64,000 nucleotides of DNA, taken from positions 21,142,001 to 21,206,000 of the forward strand of contig OX597819.1 of assembly GCA_951406725.2 (NCBI GenBank). Direction: 5' to 3'. Under the pieces are notes generated by a model. The model had not been told where the DNA came from, did no database searches, and saw only the letters and a list, made by a program, of their open reading frames with translations. A program made the translations under genes and the position numbers. How positions within the stretch are numbered: the stretch's first letter is position 1; every line of letters begins with the position of its first letter. Of the stretch, positions 14,208-26,914 are shown piece by piece. Source of the stretch: Octopus vulgaris (taxonomy: Eukaryota).

Positions 14208-14433
14208 GGCGCGCTGGCAGAAACGTTAGCACGCTGGGCGAAATGCTTAGCAGTATTTCGTCTGCCGTTACGTTGTGAGTTCAAATTCCGCCGAGGTCGT
14301 CTTTGCTTTTCATGCTTTCGGGGTCGATAAATTAAGTACCAGTTACGCACTGGGGTCGATGTAATCGACTAGCACCCTTTGTCTATCCTTGTTTGTCCCC
14401 TCTATGTTTAGCCCCTTGTGGGCAATAAAGAAG
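14208..14433 (+). mobile_element. SINE family 2, near full length
   Basis: tRNA-like head (TGGCAGAAACGTTAGC ... GAGTTCAAATTCC), central TTTCATGCTTTCGGGGTCGATAAATTAAGTACCAG and tail GCCCCTTGTGGGCAATAAAGAA. The family occurs many times in this window. Confidence 0.9.
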
Positions 14434-14949
14434 TAATATTATATTCTGAGATATTAGACATTTAAGGATTCTACGAGGAAGCTACCAATGCAATTGTGTA
14501 TCAATAAAATACTAGGAATAGATCAGCTAACATCAAAAATCCATCTTATTTGCATACAATATTAATTCTGAAATGTACCTGTATTCTGTGTAACAGTTGG
14601 AATGCATAAAAAATAACACCAGAGACAATACTAAACTTCACAACAATGCAAATCTGATTTAGTGTACACAATTTTATATTCCCAAGAGAGAATGCAGCAA
14701 ACACCTTAGAAACATGCAGGTGCAATTTGTTGTCATAGAAACAGAAAACAGTTGAAAGAAGAGGAAGAAGAAGAAATTACCATTTAATGGTTATTTTGAA
14801 AATTGTGAGAAAGAAGATTGTTTCTTTCTTTCTGCAACAAATGATTCTTGAGATGGTATAAACATTTCTCATAGGATTGTATTCAAGGTGCGGTCTTCGG
14901 AGCGAAAGTCTTTCACGGTATAATATTTTTTGTCATAAACTTGTCAGTA

Positions 14950-17900
14950 TTTTAGCCCGAAATGTGCTGTAATTTTTCACTCTGCGCTGCAAAGATTATC
15001 AAAAGCATAAACCAACCTAAATATTATTCATCTCTGTTATGACAACTCGATTAAGCTGAAATCCATCGTGGTACGCTGTGTTACATTCATGTTTTATCAT
15101 TGGAGAAAAGTTTACGTGGGTCTATGTGAATACGAGTCCCTGTTAAAGAGGTGTTGTAGTTGCCCTGATGCGCTTCGGATCCTAAGAAATACGTATCAAT
15201 AATAAAGGCTCGACGTGTCTGGCAATGAGCCCTTGCCTTTAATAATACATTGAGATAAATTCGATAGACTGAGCGCGAAATGCTAAGCGGAACCAATTGG
15301 TAACGATTCTCATTCTCCACTAAATAGATATCGCTGTACGTGGCGGCGGTCAGGCTCCTGAAAACAACTGCTGTGGGGTTTCCAACTAAGTTAGAGGTGG
15401 TCGATCACATGAAAAGCTTTCAACGTACCTAATTTGGTCAGACCCACGTCCACGCCACTTTCCTTCCCCGTCCATACTATGATGTGTTCCATGAAGTGAA
15501 ATTAGTTGATAGAACCCTTTGTGATGGCTCATCACTAAGCGCAAAACCGAAGACAAACGCCAAAGTGTCCGTTAAATCTTTGGCTAAAATCCTGAAATTT
15601 GCATTAAGTACTGTTATGGAACAAAAATTCTTCTATGTGATACCTCTTTTTCGGGTCCTTCCTGGGAAGTACTGCTACACTTTGGCTCACAATTGCTGTA
15701 GGTATCTGCGACATGCTTGCTTAGCATATTCGACATATATACGAAAAATTCTTAGAATATTCGGATCTATTCCAGATAACGATCGTTTGCTGTATCGCTG
15801 TAGCTTTCATTAGCTTTTTGCAACACACGATCTTCATTGTCGTGAGTCCTTATAAGCTATCGATGTAGGCAAGAGGAGAGGGGAGGACCCTGTGATCCAA
15901 CTTTGAACTCATATGCTGCCGAGCACATATGCTCCGGATCGAGTATTACATTCTCATCATACTACATCATAGACCGAATTGTAACTTGGTTCATACGTTG
16001 TGTTTTGCGTGCTCAGAAAGATCATCTTCCAGTAACCGGCTCCCTGCTTATGATGCTTCTAGATCAACATTACAGACCACAAATTTGAGTACGGTGCTAA
16101 TTTAGCTTATGGATGACCTTCTCTATCCGTAACAGCTAGCCTACAGGATACTTTACCTAGATTATATCTCGTAGAGTCGAAGAAGTTTCTCTATATCCAC
16201 GATGACGAAATCGGGAAGACTAGATGGTGCCTTTGTCCATCAATTTCCAACTGATAGGTCAGTTGGAAATTGGTGGACAAATTTCTGATGGCATTGCGTG
16301 CGCTCTCTTATCGATGAGGCACCACAATCTAATCTTGCATTAAAATGACGTATCAGTCTCTCACAAGCACTAAAGAGCAAGACATTCCCAAAGAAAAAAT
16401 CTGGATGCCAACGATAATCTAGCAAAAGCACACGTGTCGATGCATAGCAAGTATGACCATCGCTACTAATTAGGATCAGCATCACCTATTTCCTCCTTGA
16501 TGCTGGAAAGTAATCCATATTGTGGGATCCAGATATGTTTAATCATGAAATTCTTATAGATTCTTTCGTTAATTGTCCCTCTAAGTCTTAGAGGGACAAT
16601 TAGAGTCTAAGACTTGCCATTCGGTGGGTAAATTTAGTTTGTAACATGTCGGTGACGTTTCTTTGAGTGTGTAGCTACATCAGTTGGTGCGATGTAGTCG
16701 CTGTGTGAAATGTGTTTATGCATATTGTTTATGGATTCTTTGTTGTGTCTATGGTCACGTAGGTTATGATTTTATACTCATAATAATTTTGTTGGCTTCG
16801 ATATAAATGGGGTTGTTTGCTTTTGCTAATATATTGCAAGTGTTTGTGCTGATATTGTGTGTTGTGGTTGATTTGGTGCTGGCGTTACACCACCGAATAT
16901 TCTCTCCTCTTCAAAACGCCTTTTTTTTGGTTAGTACATTCTATACTCGCTTCCCTCTTTCTTTCTCTTCCTACGGGTACAGTTTCCATTTTCATTTTAC
17001 TCCTTCCAACCCCATGTAGGGAACATCTGAATTATCCGAACGGGAAATCAAATGACTACAAATATAATTTTTCTAGTTGATGTTTAAGTTGGGTTTTATT
17101 TGTAGTTGTTTTTGCTATTGTTGCTTTTGTGAGTTCATGTTATTTTAAGATTCTCCATATGTTGTTGATGTTGTAACTGTAGGGAGCAATGGCATCAGCA
17201 GCAATAAAGAGCTTCCGGTTTTCATCATCTACTATGTATAGAAATCAGTCGACGATAGACAACGTGACTTTCTGTCCTCAGCGGCCACAAACGCTACCAT
17301 GCCACCTAGCAGAGTGACCAGATCTAAGATGGTCTCCATAGATGTTAATCTTTCCGGATTAAGCGCTCCGTCACTATATCCGAGAAAAATTTTCTCGCAA
17401 TACAGTTTTCTTTTTTTCGATGTCGAGCGGAAATCCTGCAACGAACCAGAAGATAGTTTTATCCTGTGGCAACTTAACTACCTGTTTTTTTGCCCCTCTC
17501 TATCTATAAGGATCAGTTCAACACTTATTAGAGTTACGAAATCCTTCCTCATTGCATTTTCTGTCCAAACATGTTTATTATGTTGAATCTTTTTTCTTCA
17601 ATCTATGTGGATGGAAGCACTCCGTCGGTTACGACGCTGAGGGTTCCGGTTGATCCGAATCAACGGAACAGCCTGCTCGTGAAATTAACGTGTAAGTGGC
17701 TGAGCACTCCACAGACACGTGCACCCTTAACGTAGTTCTCAGGGATATTCAGCGTGACACAGAGAGTGACAAGGCCGGCCCCTTGAAATACAGGTACAAC
17801 AGAAACAGGAAGTAAGAGTGAGAAAATGTTGTGGTGAAAGAGTACAGCAGGGATCACCACCATCCCCTACCGGAGCCTCGTGGAGCTTTTAGGTGTTTTC

Positions 17901-18050
17901 GCTCAATAAACACTCACAACGCCCGGTCAATCTATGTATGTTTTGATGCAACATATTGCTTTATTACTCTTTCGCAATTTCGTTTTGAATCGCTTTTGTT
18001 TCACTTTTCAGGACTTCAGTCATATGGGTTTATATAAAAGACTTTCTCTT
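14950..18050 (-). mobile_element. Highly decayed long Tx1/L1-type LINE, related to the 8.8-11.4 kb element
   Basis: On the minus strand, ORF1-like LDLVTLLGGMVAFVAAEDRKSRC (17260-17330; compare LNLISLSNRVELRVNVETRRSRC at 8860-8927). Also GYWKM (about 16030), SITVLNANFRILAKDL (15575-15620), LKAFHVIDH (15398-15425) and PLSISRSV (about 15270-15290). The boundaries are approximate. Confidence 0.7.
17609..17926 (-). mobile_element. SINE family 3, 5'-truncated, with 11-bp TSD
   Basis: Reverse complement matches 29667-29843 and continues to the 3' tail CGACGGAGTGCTTCCA. The TSD TCAATCTATGT is at 17598-17608 and 17927-17937. Confidence 0.9.
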
Positions 18051-19014
18051 TGCATCTTGCTTGCGGATACGCTTCCAGTTTTAGTAAGAAAAATTTAAGA
18101 AATCTTTCAGATCATTCGGCGATTGAGTGAGTCTTGTACGTGAACTGCATCGGCAAATCGTTAATAGTTGGTTTCCTAACTGCGGCTTAGGCCATTTAAA
18201 TAATGTTAGAGTTATTGTGGGTGATAATGGAGGGGGTTGTTGCTGTTGTGGTTTTTGTTGTTGGTAGTGGTAGTAATGGTGCTGGATGTTGCTAGTAGTT
18301 GTAGTGGTCGTGGTGGTAGTAGATGTGACCTTTTGCTAGTTTTGATAGTGTGTTTTTCACTTTCTTTCGTCGTTCTCAGAATATAAATGCAGCGCTGTTC
18401 TTTGCTTTTGTCAACGTTGTCATTGTTGTTACCTTTTACGGTTGCTTATTATAAGAATTGTTGTGGTGATGATGGTGGTGACGGTGATTGTAATAATGAT
18501 AATAGTTGTGGTGATTCTGCTGCTTTGTCTTAAAATTGAGAACTCAGAGCGAAAGTCAGTGTTCAGACACGCTTTAAATTCTCTGTCGAAAATGTCGACG
18601 TCATGTTCTCAATTGATAGGTGACTAAGTTCAGGAGAAAATTGCGAAATTCTGTCTCGAAAGGGCAGAAACAAGTCGGAAATATTTATGATCACTTAATA
18701 GCAATACAAAAGAAAAGTCCTTTTGTTTTTTTTTTTATACACAGGGTTTTAAAAGTGTCAAAACAAATATTTAGAACGATAAAAAACAACACGAACAATC
18801 CTCAAAATAGATTGTTTTTCTAATTTTTGAGCAGAAGACTTGCAGGTTTGACATGAGAGAAGGAGTGTCCCTAACAGCACCCCAATTAGTTGAATCTATC
18901 GAAAACGAAACGATGAAGACTAAAGTTCACTTCGGTAGAATTTCACAGCAAAGAAATTGTTTCAATGGTCAACAAACAGGTAGCAACAACATCAGAAAAC
19001 AATACAGCAATAAC

Positions 19015-19059
<45 letters not shown>

Positions 19060-19064
19060 TGATA

Positions 19065-20841
19065 ATGAATCTCTAAATACTGGTGATGTAAAAATTCCAT
19101 GTGGCATTTTCCAGGGTGACTAATTATCACCACTCCTCTTTTGTTTAGCCTTAATACCTCTCTCAAAATTGCTCAATGACGCATAGTACGGTTATAAAAT
19201 ATTTGCTAAAAATATAAATCATCTCATTTGCAAAAAATGACCAACAACTACAGGGCTTAATAGCGATTGTTAAACAATTCAGTGATGATATCAGAATGCA
19301 ATTTGGCTTCGATAAATGTGCAAAAGCTACTTTTATCAAAGGAAAAATGACAGAAACATCTAACGTCAACCTTGACCTGCAGAATGTCGTAAAAGAGTTA
19401 GATCCAGCGGAGAGCTACAAGTACCAAGGGGTAATTGAAGGGGACGGAATAAGGCATTCAGTGATGAAGGAAAGGATCAGGAGAGAATGTTATCGCAGAG
19501 TAAGAGCAATACTCAAGACAGAGCTGAATGCGAGAAACAGGATCGAAGCGATCAATGCTTTAGCCATACCAGTCGTGACTTACAGTTTCAATATCGTTAA
19601 CTGGTCAATTACTGAAATATGTAATCTTGACAGAAAAATACAAAAACTGTTGACAATGCATAGAATGCACCACACTAAGGCAGATTTATCTGCCAAGAAA
19701 AGAGGGAGGCCGTGGACTTTTACAACTGGCAATAACAATGAAGATTGCTACAATTGGCCTAGACACCTACCTGAAAAACTCTGAGGACTGGATGTTAAAC
19801 TTGTCTCAAAACATGAAAACAAGAAAGCATCATACTCAGTAATAAAACAGACAATGGAATATCTAAATGAATTCCGAATACAACAAATTTCGGAATTAGA
19901 CATACAAGAAACAAGCACAGAAAAAGCTAAGCGCATGAAAATCCGTGCTAAAACTGCTGCCTTAGATATTCTGATCGATAAATGGCATGAAAAACCTCTC
20001 AATGGTAAATACCCAAAGAGAGCAAATAATGCCGATGTTGACAAAGCCCTGACCCATCAATGACTAATGACCTCTGGCTTAAAATCTGAAACAGAAGGGT
20101 TTATCATAGCAACTCATGATCAATGCCTACCAACAAGGAACTACCAGGCCAATATATTAAAGAATGGCAGTAGCCCAACATGTCGTGTATGTTTACAACA
20201 AAATGAAACCATTGATCATGCTGTCTTCAAGTGCAGTTTTCTTGCGCCTACAGAGTATCTCAACAGGCATGATAGAGCTGCACAATATATTCACTGGGTA
20301 ATTTTCAAAAGCCTCGACTTGCCCCATGATAAAATCTGGTGGGAATACAAACCACCTCCAGTGCTTGAAAATGATCGCATCTCACTCCTCTGGAACTTCA
20401 CCATTCAAAGTAACAGAAAGATACATGAGAATAGGCTAGATATCATATTGAAAGACGTTAGACAAAAAACATACCTCCTCATTGATATGACTGTCCCAAT
20501 ACCTGTTGTCATAGGTGCCCTGGGAATGATACCAAATGGGGCTGACTGCTACCTAACTCAGATACCAGGAAACCCCAAAATGGCAGAAATTCAAAAGATA
20601 GTACTCATACGAACTGCTCATATCCTACGCAAAATACTTTCTATGTAATCTCAAGTTTTAAAACAAACATAATTTTCTTATGATTTTTTAGACATTCACT
20701 AGTACAACACTAAGTACAAAACCAAATATATGGCACTCTAGGCATAACAATAACATGAACTTCCAACTTGTCGTCTCTTGAGGCTTCTGGGTGAAACTTG
20801 GAGCCAACTTGTACAAATGTAAAGCGAAAGTCAAACATAAA
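19065..20841 (+). mobile_element. 5'-truncated R4/Dong-clade RLE non-LTR retrotransposon (RT C-half, CCHC finger, restriction-like endonuclease), pseudogenised
   Basis: GIFQGD*LSPLLFCLALIPLS (RT motif), FSDDIRMQFGFDKCAK, KREGGRG-like segment, CRVCLQQNETIDHAVFKC, RHDRAA, NRLDII and PVVIGALG..IQKIVLIRTAHILRKILSM*. (AAT)n flanks at 19009-19058 and 20842-20863. Confidence 0.93.
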
Positions 20842-21458
20842 ATAATAATAATAACAATAATAATTCGTTTATTAGCTACAAGGGCTTAGATAGAATTACA
20901 TTAAAACACATACAACAAAAAAGACAAAAACAAGACGATACAATGGGTTTTTACAATGTGTAAAAAAAAAAAACACGATTAAAAATGAAACAATTTAAAA
21001 CTCCCAATAATGATAATGATGATGATAAAATTATAATGTACAAAGCGAAGAACAATCTTTCATGTTCATATCCAAAAATGTTGATTTCAAATATTTCGAA
21101 TATTTAGCAGCATTGTAAACGAAATAGTTTTAGAAAATAACTAATACAAATTCTACCTGGACTTTGCAGTCAAGAATAATAAAAATCTAATTTTGTGGTT
21201 ATCGATAGCGAAAGAAATTACTATTTTACAATTAATATTGTCAAAACTGAACATTACAAAATTGTCAAAAAATAATTTGTAAAATGAAAAAATAATATAA
21301 CCTCCCGAATTCTGTGTCTGGAGAATGAAAGGAATGGAGCACAGATCATTGTAATTATAATCATGTATTGGGACCCATTCCTAAAATATTTCTCGTGTAA
21401 ACACTAAGAAATATTCTTTTATTTTAAGGCAACAACGATGATTAATCTATTAAACGCA

Positions 21459-22494
21459 TTACTCAGCACTTTTACGTTAAAGAAAACCTTTCTCGTTTCC
21501 GTAAACGAGGAAATATATTCATTGTTACTCAGCACTTTTACGTTAAAGAAAACGTTACTCTTTTCCGTAAAGCGAGGAAATATATTCATTGTTACTCAGC
21601 ACTTTTACGTTAAAGAAAACGTTACTCGTTTCCGTAAAGCGAGGAAATATCTTCATTGTTACTCAGCACTTTTACGTTAAAGAAAACGTTACTCGTTTCC
21701 GTAAAGCGAGGAAATATCTTCATTGTTACTCGGCACTTTTATATTAAAGAAAATGTTACTCGATTCCGTAAAGCGAGGAAACCATTTTTTGCTATCCAGC
21801 ACTTTTAAAGAAAACGTTACTCGTTTCCGTAAAGCAAGGAAACCTTATTTACATTATTTACATTTGACGGACCTGATGACGGCTGGAGGGCATGTAAATA
21901 ATGTACATAATTCCTCATCTCTTAAATTTAGAACAGGAATAACATTTATGTATTGTTACTCAACACTTTCACATTAAAGAAAACGTTACTCGTTTCCGTA
22001 AAGCGAGGAAACATTTATGGTTACAGAGTGATCTCCAAATGGACTCACAGACGTAATCGAAACCTGAACTGGCTTTGTTGTATAATCCTTCCATCCAAAC
22101 CCCTCACATTTTCTGTGCTCTTGATTTCCCTCGCATGGTCGTCAGGTGACTGTGACAGAAACCACTTGTTCAAGGTGTTGTAGGTGGATATCGAAGTAGA
22201 TAAGATGCGAACTTCTTAACCGCATGCCAATAGTCATCTCAACCGCCGTAAGCGACTGGTGAGGTTTCTGTAAAATTCTGCTGAAAAACCTGCACAAACG
22301 ATTTGTTTGTATTGATGAATTTCCCCTGCTGAACTCCGCACTTTTACGTTAAAGAAAACGTTACTCGTTTCCGTAAAGCGAGGAAATATCTTCATTGTTA
22401 CTCAGCACTTTTACGTTAAAGAAAACGTTACTCGTTTCCGTAAAGCGAGGAAATATATTCATTGTAACTCAGCACTTTTATATTAAAGAAAACA
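21459..22494. repeat. 67-bp minisatellite (about 10 units) with two interruptions
   Basis: Unit TTACTCAGCACTTTTACGTTAAAGAAAACGTTACTCGTTTCCGTAAAGCGAGGAAATATATTCATTG starts at 21459, 21525, 21592, 21659, 21726, about 21792, 21956, about 22333, 22398 and about 22465. Confidence 0.95.
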
Positions 22495-23479
22495 CCATCC
22501 ATCAAAATGGAAATTGTCTGTATAGATGAGCATGGCTTGCTATGCGTCAGTTGTGAAAGAAATAGCAGAGCATCGTGGAATGAAGTGTTTTGATCAAGAG
22601 CTCAACGATCCGTTCGTGAGTAGAAACTGTGATATTTCGATCGTGAAAGCAACGCACTAAACACAATGCTTTCGACACACACTCAGATTACGTATTAATT
22701 TAACAGCGATGGAAAAATTATCCCTGCACCGGTCCATCCACAGTTGCTATTTGAACCGGGGGTCGCAGGTTTATAACATCAGCAAAACGTCCAACAGTCA
22801 AACATTTCTATCAATATGTCATCTGTACATAGAATTTTAAAAATTAATAAAAACAATAATTCCATTTCCGCATGCTAACATGCAACCACTCGGAGAAAGA
22901 AGTCGTCTGCACTTAGAAAGCAATAGCCATTGTTAATGGTATTATAAAACGGCGGAAAAAAAGTTTTGTGCATTCATTACATATGGAAATATATGCATTA
23001 AAATGTAAAGACATGAGTGTTAACCGCTTTAAATGAAATAAAAATGCATGAAAGTTGGTGACGGTTAAAATGTTGCCTGTGTCTGCATAAATAAACTATT
23101 GTTTTAATTTTTTCAGATTTTTCTTTAGAATAACACCAGAGAATATTAAGTGAAGTGAAGCAAAACAATTTAAAACTGTCTTAGCAATAATTTTCAAAGA
23201 CATTTATGGTAAACAAAAATTAGAGGGAAATAATTTGATGTATTGCTTTTACTTTCAGTTTTGGGTATCGAATGAAAAATGCTGGTCAGTTTGATTTTAA
23301 TACGAAATGTAGGTATAAAATTTTAAAAAAAGGACCCTACATTAGTAATTAGCTTGAAATACTGTCTGCATTCAGACTAGGAAAAAAAGGGTAAACTTTT
23401 AATTTTTTTTTTTTTTTCCGAATCCACTACTGCTTCGTAGGTTTCTCTTATTTTCCAGATTGTATTCTTCCTTATTCTA

Positions 23480-23615
23480 CTCTAGGCACAAGGCCCGAAA
23501 TTTTTGGGGAAAGGTGCCAGTCGATGAGATTGACCCCGTACGCAACTGGTATTTAATTTACTGACCCGAAATCCAAAGTCGACCTCGGCGGGATTTGAAC
23601 TAAGAACGTAAAGAC
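23480..23615 (-). mobile_element. SINE family 2 partial copy
   Basis: AGGCACAAGGCCCGAAATTT..CAACTGGTATTTAATTT..AAAGTCGACCTCGGCGGGATTTGAAC matches the other family-2 copies. Confidence 0.8.
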
Positions 23616-23664
23616 ATAAAAAATAAGAATTTTAAAAAAAATATTATGTGGAAATATTATTTCT

Positions 23665-24125
23665 GCGCAGGTGCGACATGTGTCTATAAAGCTCGATTTG
23701 CAACGAAGTGGTTTGGTGTTCAGTTCCACTTTGTGGCATCTTGTGCAATTGGGAAGTGTTTGCATTATAGTCACGGGCCTACCATGGACTTGTGATTGAA
23801 TTTCGTAAACGTAAACAGCGAGGAAACCTGTCGTGTCCACACATACATACATACATGTATAGACACACACGCATATATAATATATAATATGTGTGTGTGT
23901 GTGTGTATGTGTGTGTGCTCGTGTGTCTGTGTGTTTGTATCGTCCCACCGCTTAACAACAGCTGTTAGCTTACGTTCCTCTATCTTAAAAGTTTCAGCAA
24001 AAGTGACCGACAGAACAAGTACCATACAAAGATAAGTAAATACTTGGTTCGATTTTCTACCACTAAAACTTACAACGCGATACCCCGACATGGCCTCAGT
24101 CCAAAGACTATTGAAAAATCGACTG
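23665..24125 (+). mobile_element. Decayed SINE family 4 copy with internal (GT)n
   Basis: GCGCAGGTGCGACATGTG..GTTCAGTTCCACTTTGTGGCATC..GGGAAGTGTTT resembles the reverse complement of 37787-38234. Confidence 0.6.
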
Positions 24126-24242
24126 AATCTCATTCAAATAAAATCATACAATTTTACAAACAGACCATATTAAATAAAGGTGTTCACAATATTAACAATA
24201 TATTAGATATATGACAGGAATATTGCGGTCGGAAAGCCTGTC

Positions 24243-24655
24243 GGATCTTTTCGGTTTGAACGGCAGTTTTTTCTAGCGGCGTCATATGAAAGTGTCACCC
24301 ATAATTATGACCATAGTATCGATCTTTTGCAATTCAATCTGTTTTAGGCTTAGGGGTGGAGGAAGGGTATCTTTTTTTCTACACAAATGTAATTAAACCC
24401 AATCTGTTTCTTAAACGAGGGACATATTCATACGTCACAGAATGTTTTTTTTACCTCCATACACGTATTTGATTGGTTGAAATTGCAGAAATTGAAGAAA
24501 AAAAAACAACGAATATCTTACAAACTATAGAATTTTCTCAATAAAGCCAAGAGAAAAAGATGTTTTATAAACACATTCTACCAGTATAAGAAGTTTAAAA
24601 GTGTTTAGTTACGTGGAAATTATTTTAAAAACTGCCGTTCAAACCGAAAAGATCC
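24243..24655. mobile_element. MITE with 28-bp TIRs and 8-bp TSD
   Basis: TIR GGATCTTTTCGGTTTGAACGGCAGTTTT and AAAACTGCCGTTCAAACCGAAAAGATCC. The TSD AGCCTGTC is at 24235-24242 and 24656-24663. No ORF. Confidence 0.95.
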
Positions 24656-25459
24656 AGCCTGTCTACAACAATTTTATCGTATCGGAAATACTCTCACTAA
24701 TCACTTAATGCAGTGTTTTCTTGCTTTTGCTTTATTTGTGTTTGTTGTTGTTGTTTTGTATCTTATTGTGGTTGCTGTTGTTCTCATGGTTGTTGTTTTC
24801 CTATTTTTGCTTCTTATATTTGCCATAATTTTTTTATGGTTTTATAATATTACTGATTCTAAAATAAGTTATTATTCAGGAATTTTGTAACCCAACGGTA
24901 TTCTAGCTGTGACTATGTCATCTTCCTTAATGCTTTGGGGTTGCGTTAGCTAACTTTCCTTTCATTTTTTTACATTAGTGTTTTTACTTCAGACAGATTT
25001 GGCTACTATTTTAAGCAGGTAATAATTGCCTCGTTTGTGCCCCACCAGTTGAGGCTACACTTATATGACAATAAGGGTTAATATTTGCCCGACAAACCAA
25101 TAGATGTTTACAATCGGTCTTCCAGTCAATACACATTGTTTATCTTATGCCTCAAGAACTTGCGAATCAACAAGTTGCCACAGCAGTTCAAGGACGACAT
25201 CGCTACAGAATATTTGGAATGGAAGTGTTGACAATTTTTTTTCTCCTAGGCTCTGTATCTACATAACATATCGGGAAAAATTTATAAATCTTACACCATA
25301 TGGGGTCAACAGAACTGGCTAGTAGCCCCTACTTGTGCAGCCGCAAGGTGCAAATCTATCGCGTTTAGCTAATCTATGAAGAAAATCGTTACACGCAGGC
25401 TATAGACTGGATTTCTTCCCATCTCAAACTATCATCCCATACTGCAAAAATAGAGTCAT

Positions 25460-25800
25460 GTTACTTGCACTTATCTATCAACAGATCCCACTTACCTCTC
25501 TTATCAACGAAATATTCGAAACGCTGGAGGGATCAAATACAAAAATAAATACAGAATCTATATAGAATGCTATGTCCGAAATTCCAACCGATATAACTTT
25601 CGTTACGGTAAAAACAGCTTCAAACCGTTCCTACATAATTCTAAAAGTTTTATAGAAGGTTTTCGAAGAAGCAAACAGATATACTCTTCTCCTTCACTTC
25701 AACAAAGACTTTGTCAGTAGTGTCAACCGCAAAACTTTCCTGTCAAAAGTGGTCAACATAATACTTCTGCAATAAATTGAATATTTCCTGATGGTCAGAG
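25460..25800 (+). mobile_element. Decayed LINE RT fragment (CR1/jockey-like)
   Basis: YQQIPLTSLINEIFET resembles YRPISLTS..K.FE, and downstream LHFNKDFVSSVNRKTFLSKV resembles LD..KAFDSV.R..LL.K. Confidence 0.5.
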
Positions 25801-25934
25801 CATGTTGGTGTCACAGAACCTCTCAAAGAAAGGTTTGGGACCCACTACGCTTTATAATATTCATAAACGCAGGTTCATACACACACAAGTACAAAATTAT
25901 ACACACAGAAACCTGAGGGTTATTTATGGTTTCT

Positions 25935-26372
25935 TATTTCTTTACTGCCCACAAGGGGCTACACACAGACAGGACAAACAAACGGATTAAGTCGATTATA
26001 TCGACCCCAGTGCGTAACTGGTACTTATTTAATCGATCTCGAAATGGTGAAAGGCAACGTCGACCTCGGCAGAATTAGAACTCAGAACATAACGGCAGAC
26101 GAAATACCGCTAAACATTTCACCTGGTGCGCTAACGTATTTCTTTACTACCCACAAGGGGCTAAACACAGAGATGACAGGTAAACAAGGACAGATAAATG
26201 GATTAAGTCGATTACATCGACCCCAATGCGTAACTGGTACTTAATTTATCGACCCCGAAAGGATGAAAGGCAAAGTCGACCTCGGCGGAATTTGAACTTA
26301 GAATGCAGCGGCGGACCAAATACCACAAAGCATTTCGCTCGGCGTGCTAACGTTTCTGCCAGCTCTCTGCCT
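25935..26372 (-). mobile_element. SINE family 2 tandem dimer
   Basis: Two head-to-tail units at 25935-26136 and 26137-26372. Only the second unit has the complete 5' head. Confidence 0.9.
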
Positions 26373-26873
26373 TCTTTATATATGGCTTCATGTTGTGAAG
26401 ACGCGTGAAAAGGTGGCTTTTTATAACGTGCCTTATATTGCCAAAAAATCTACAAGCTCTGCACACATGAACTGTTCTGTGAGATAAGGCACCTAATAAA
26501 ATCCTGCCCAGCCTCGTGCATTCACAAATCAAAACCTTTAATTAACAACTCGCTTTAATATCATTTGGATAGAAAAATTCGAACGAACGCCACGGGATTC
26601 GATCTCGCAATTCATGTGAAAATGGTAGGCGCCTTTAATCCAATATTTATACGCTATTATTATTTATAGCTTTATTGCCTTCGAGATTCACCTTTTCGAA
26701 AAAAGAATACCGATATAGTGATATGTATGTAAGTGTATACAAAGAGAGACAGAGAGAGACTCAGAGCGAGAGATAGACACATACATGTATATCAAGAGAG
26801 AGATGTGGAGAATAAAAATGGATACTTTTAGATATACTTATATTCAGACTGACATAAAAAAAATGCAGGCATC

Positions 26874-26914
<41 letters not shown>

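Noticed and set aside
19296-20648. Functional RT or host CDS
   Set aside because: Frameshifts, stops and missing catalytic segments mark it as a dead retrotransposon copy.
21459-22494. CRISPR-like array
   Set aside because: Units are mostly directly adjacent with no unique spacers, the 67-bp unit is too long, there are no cas genes and the context is eukaryotic.
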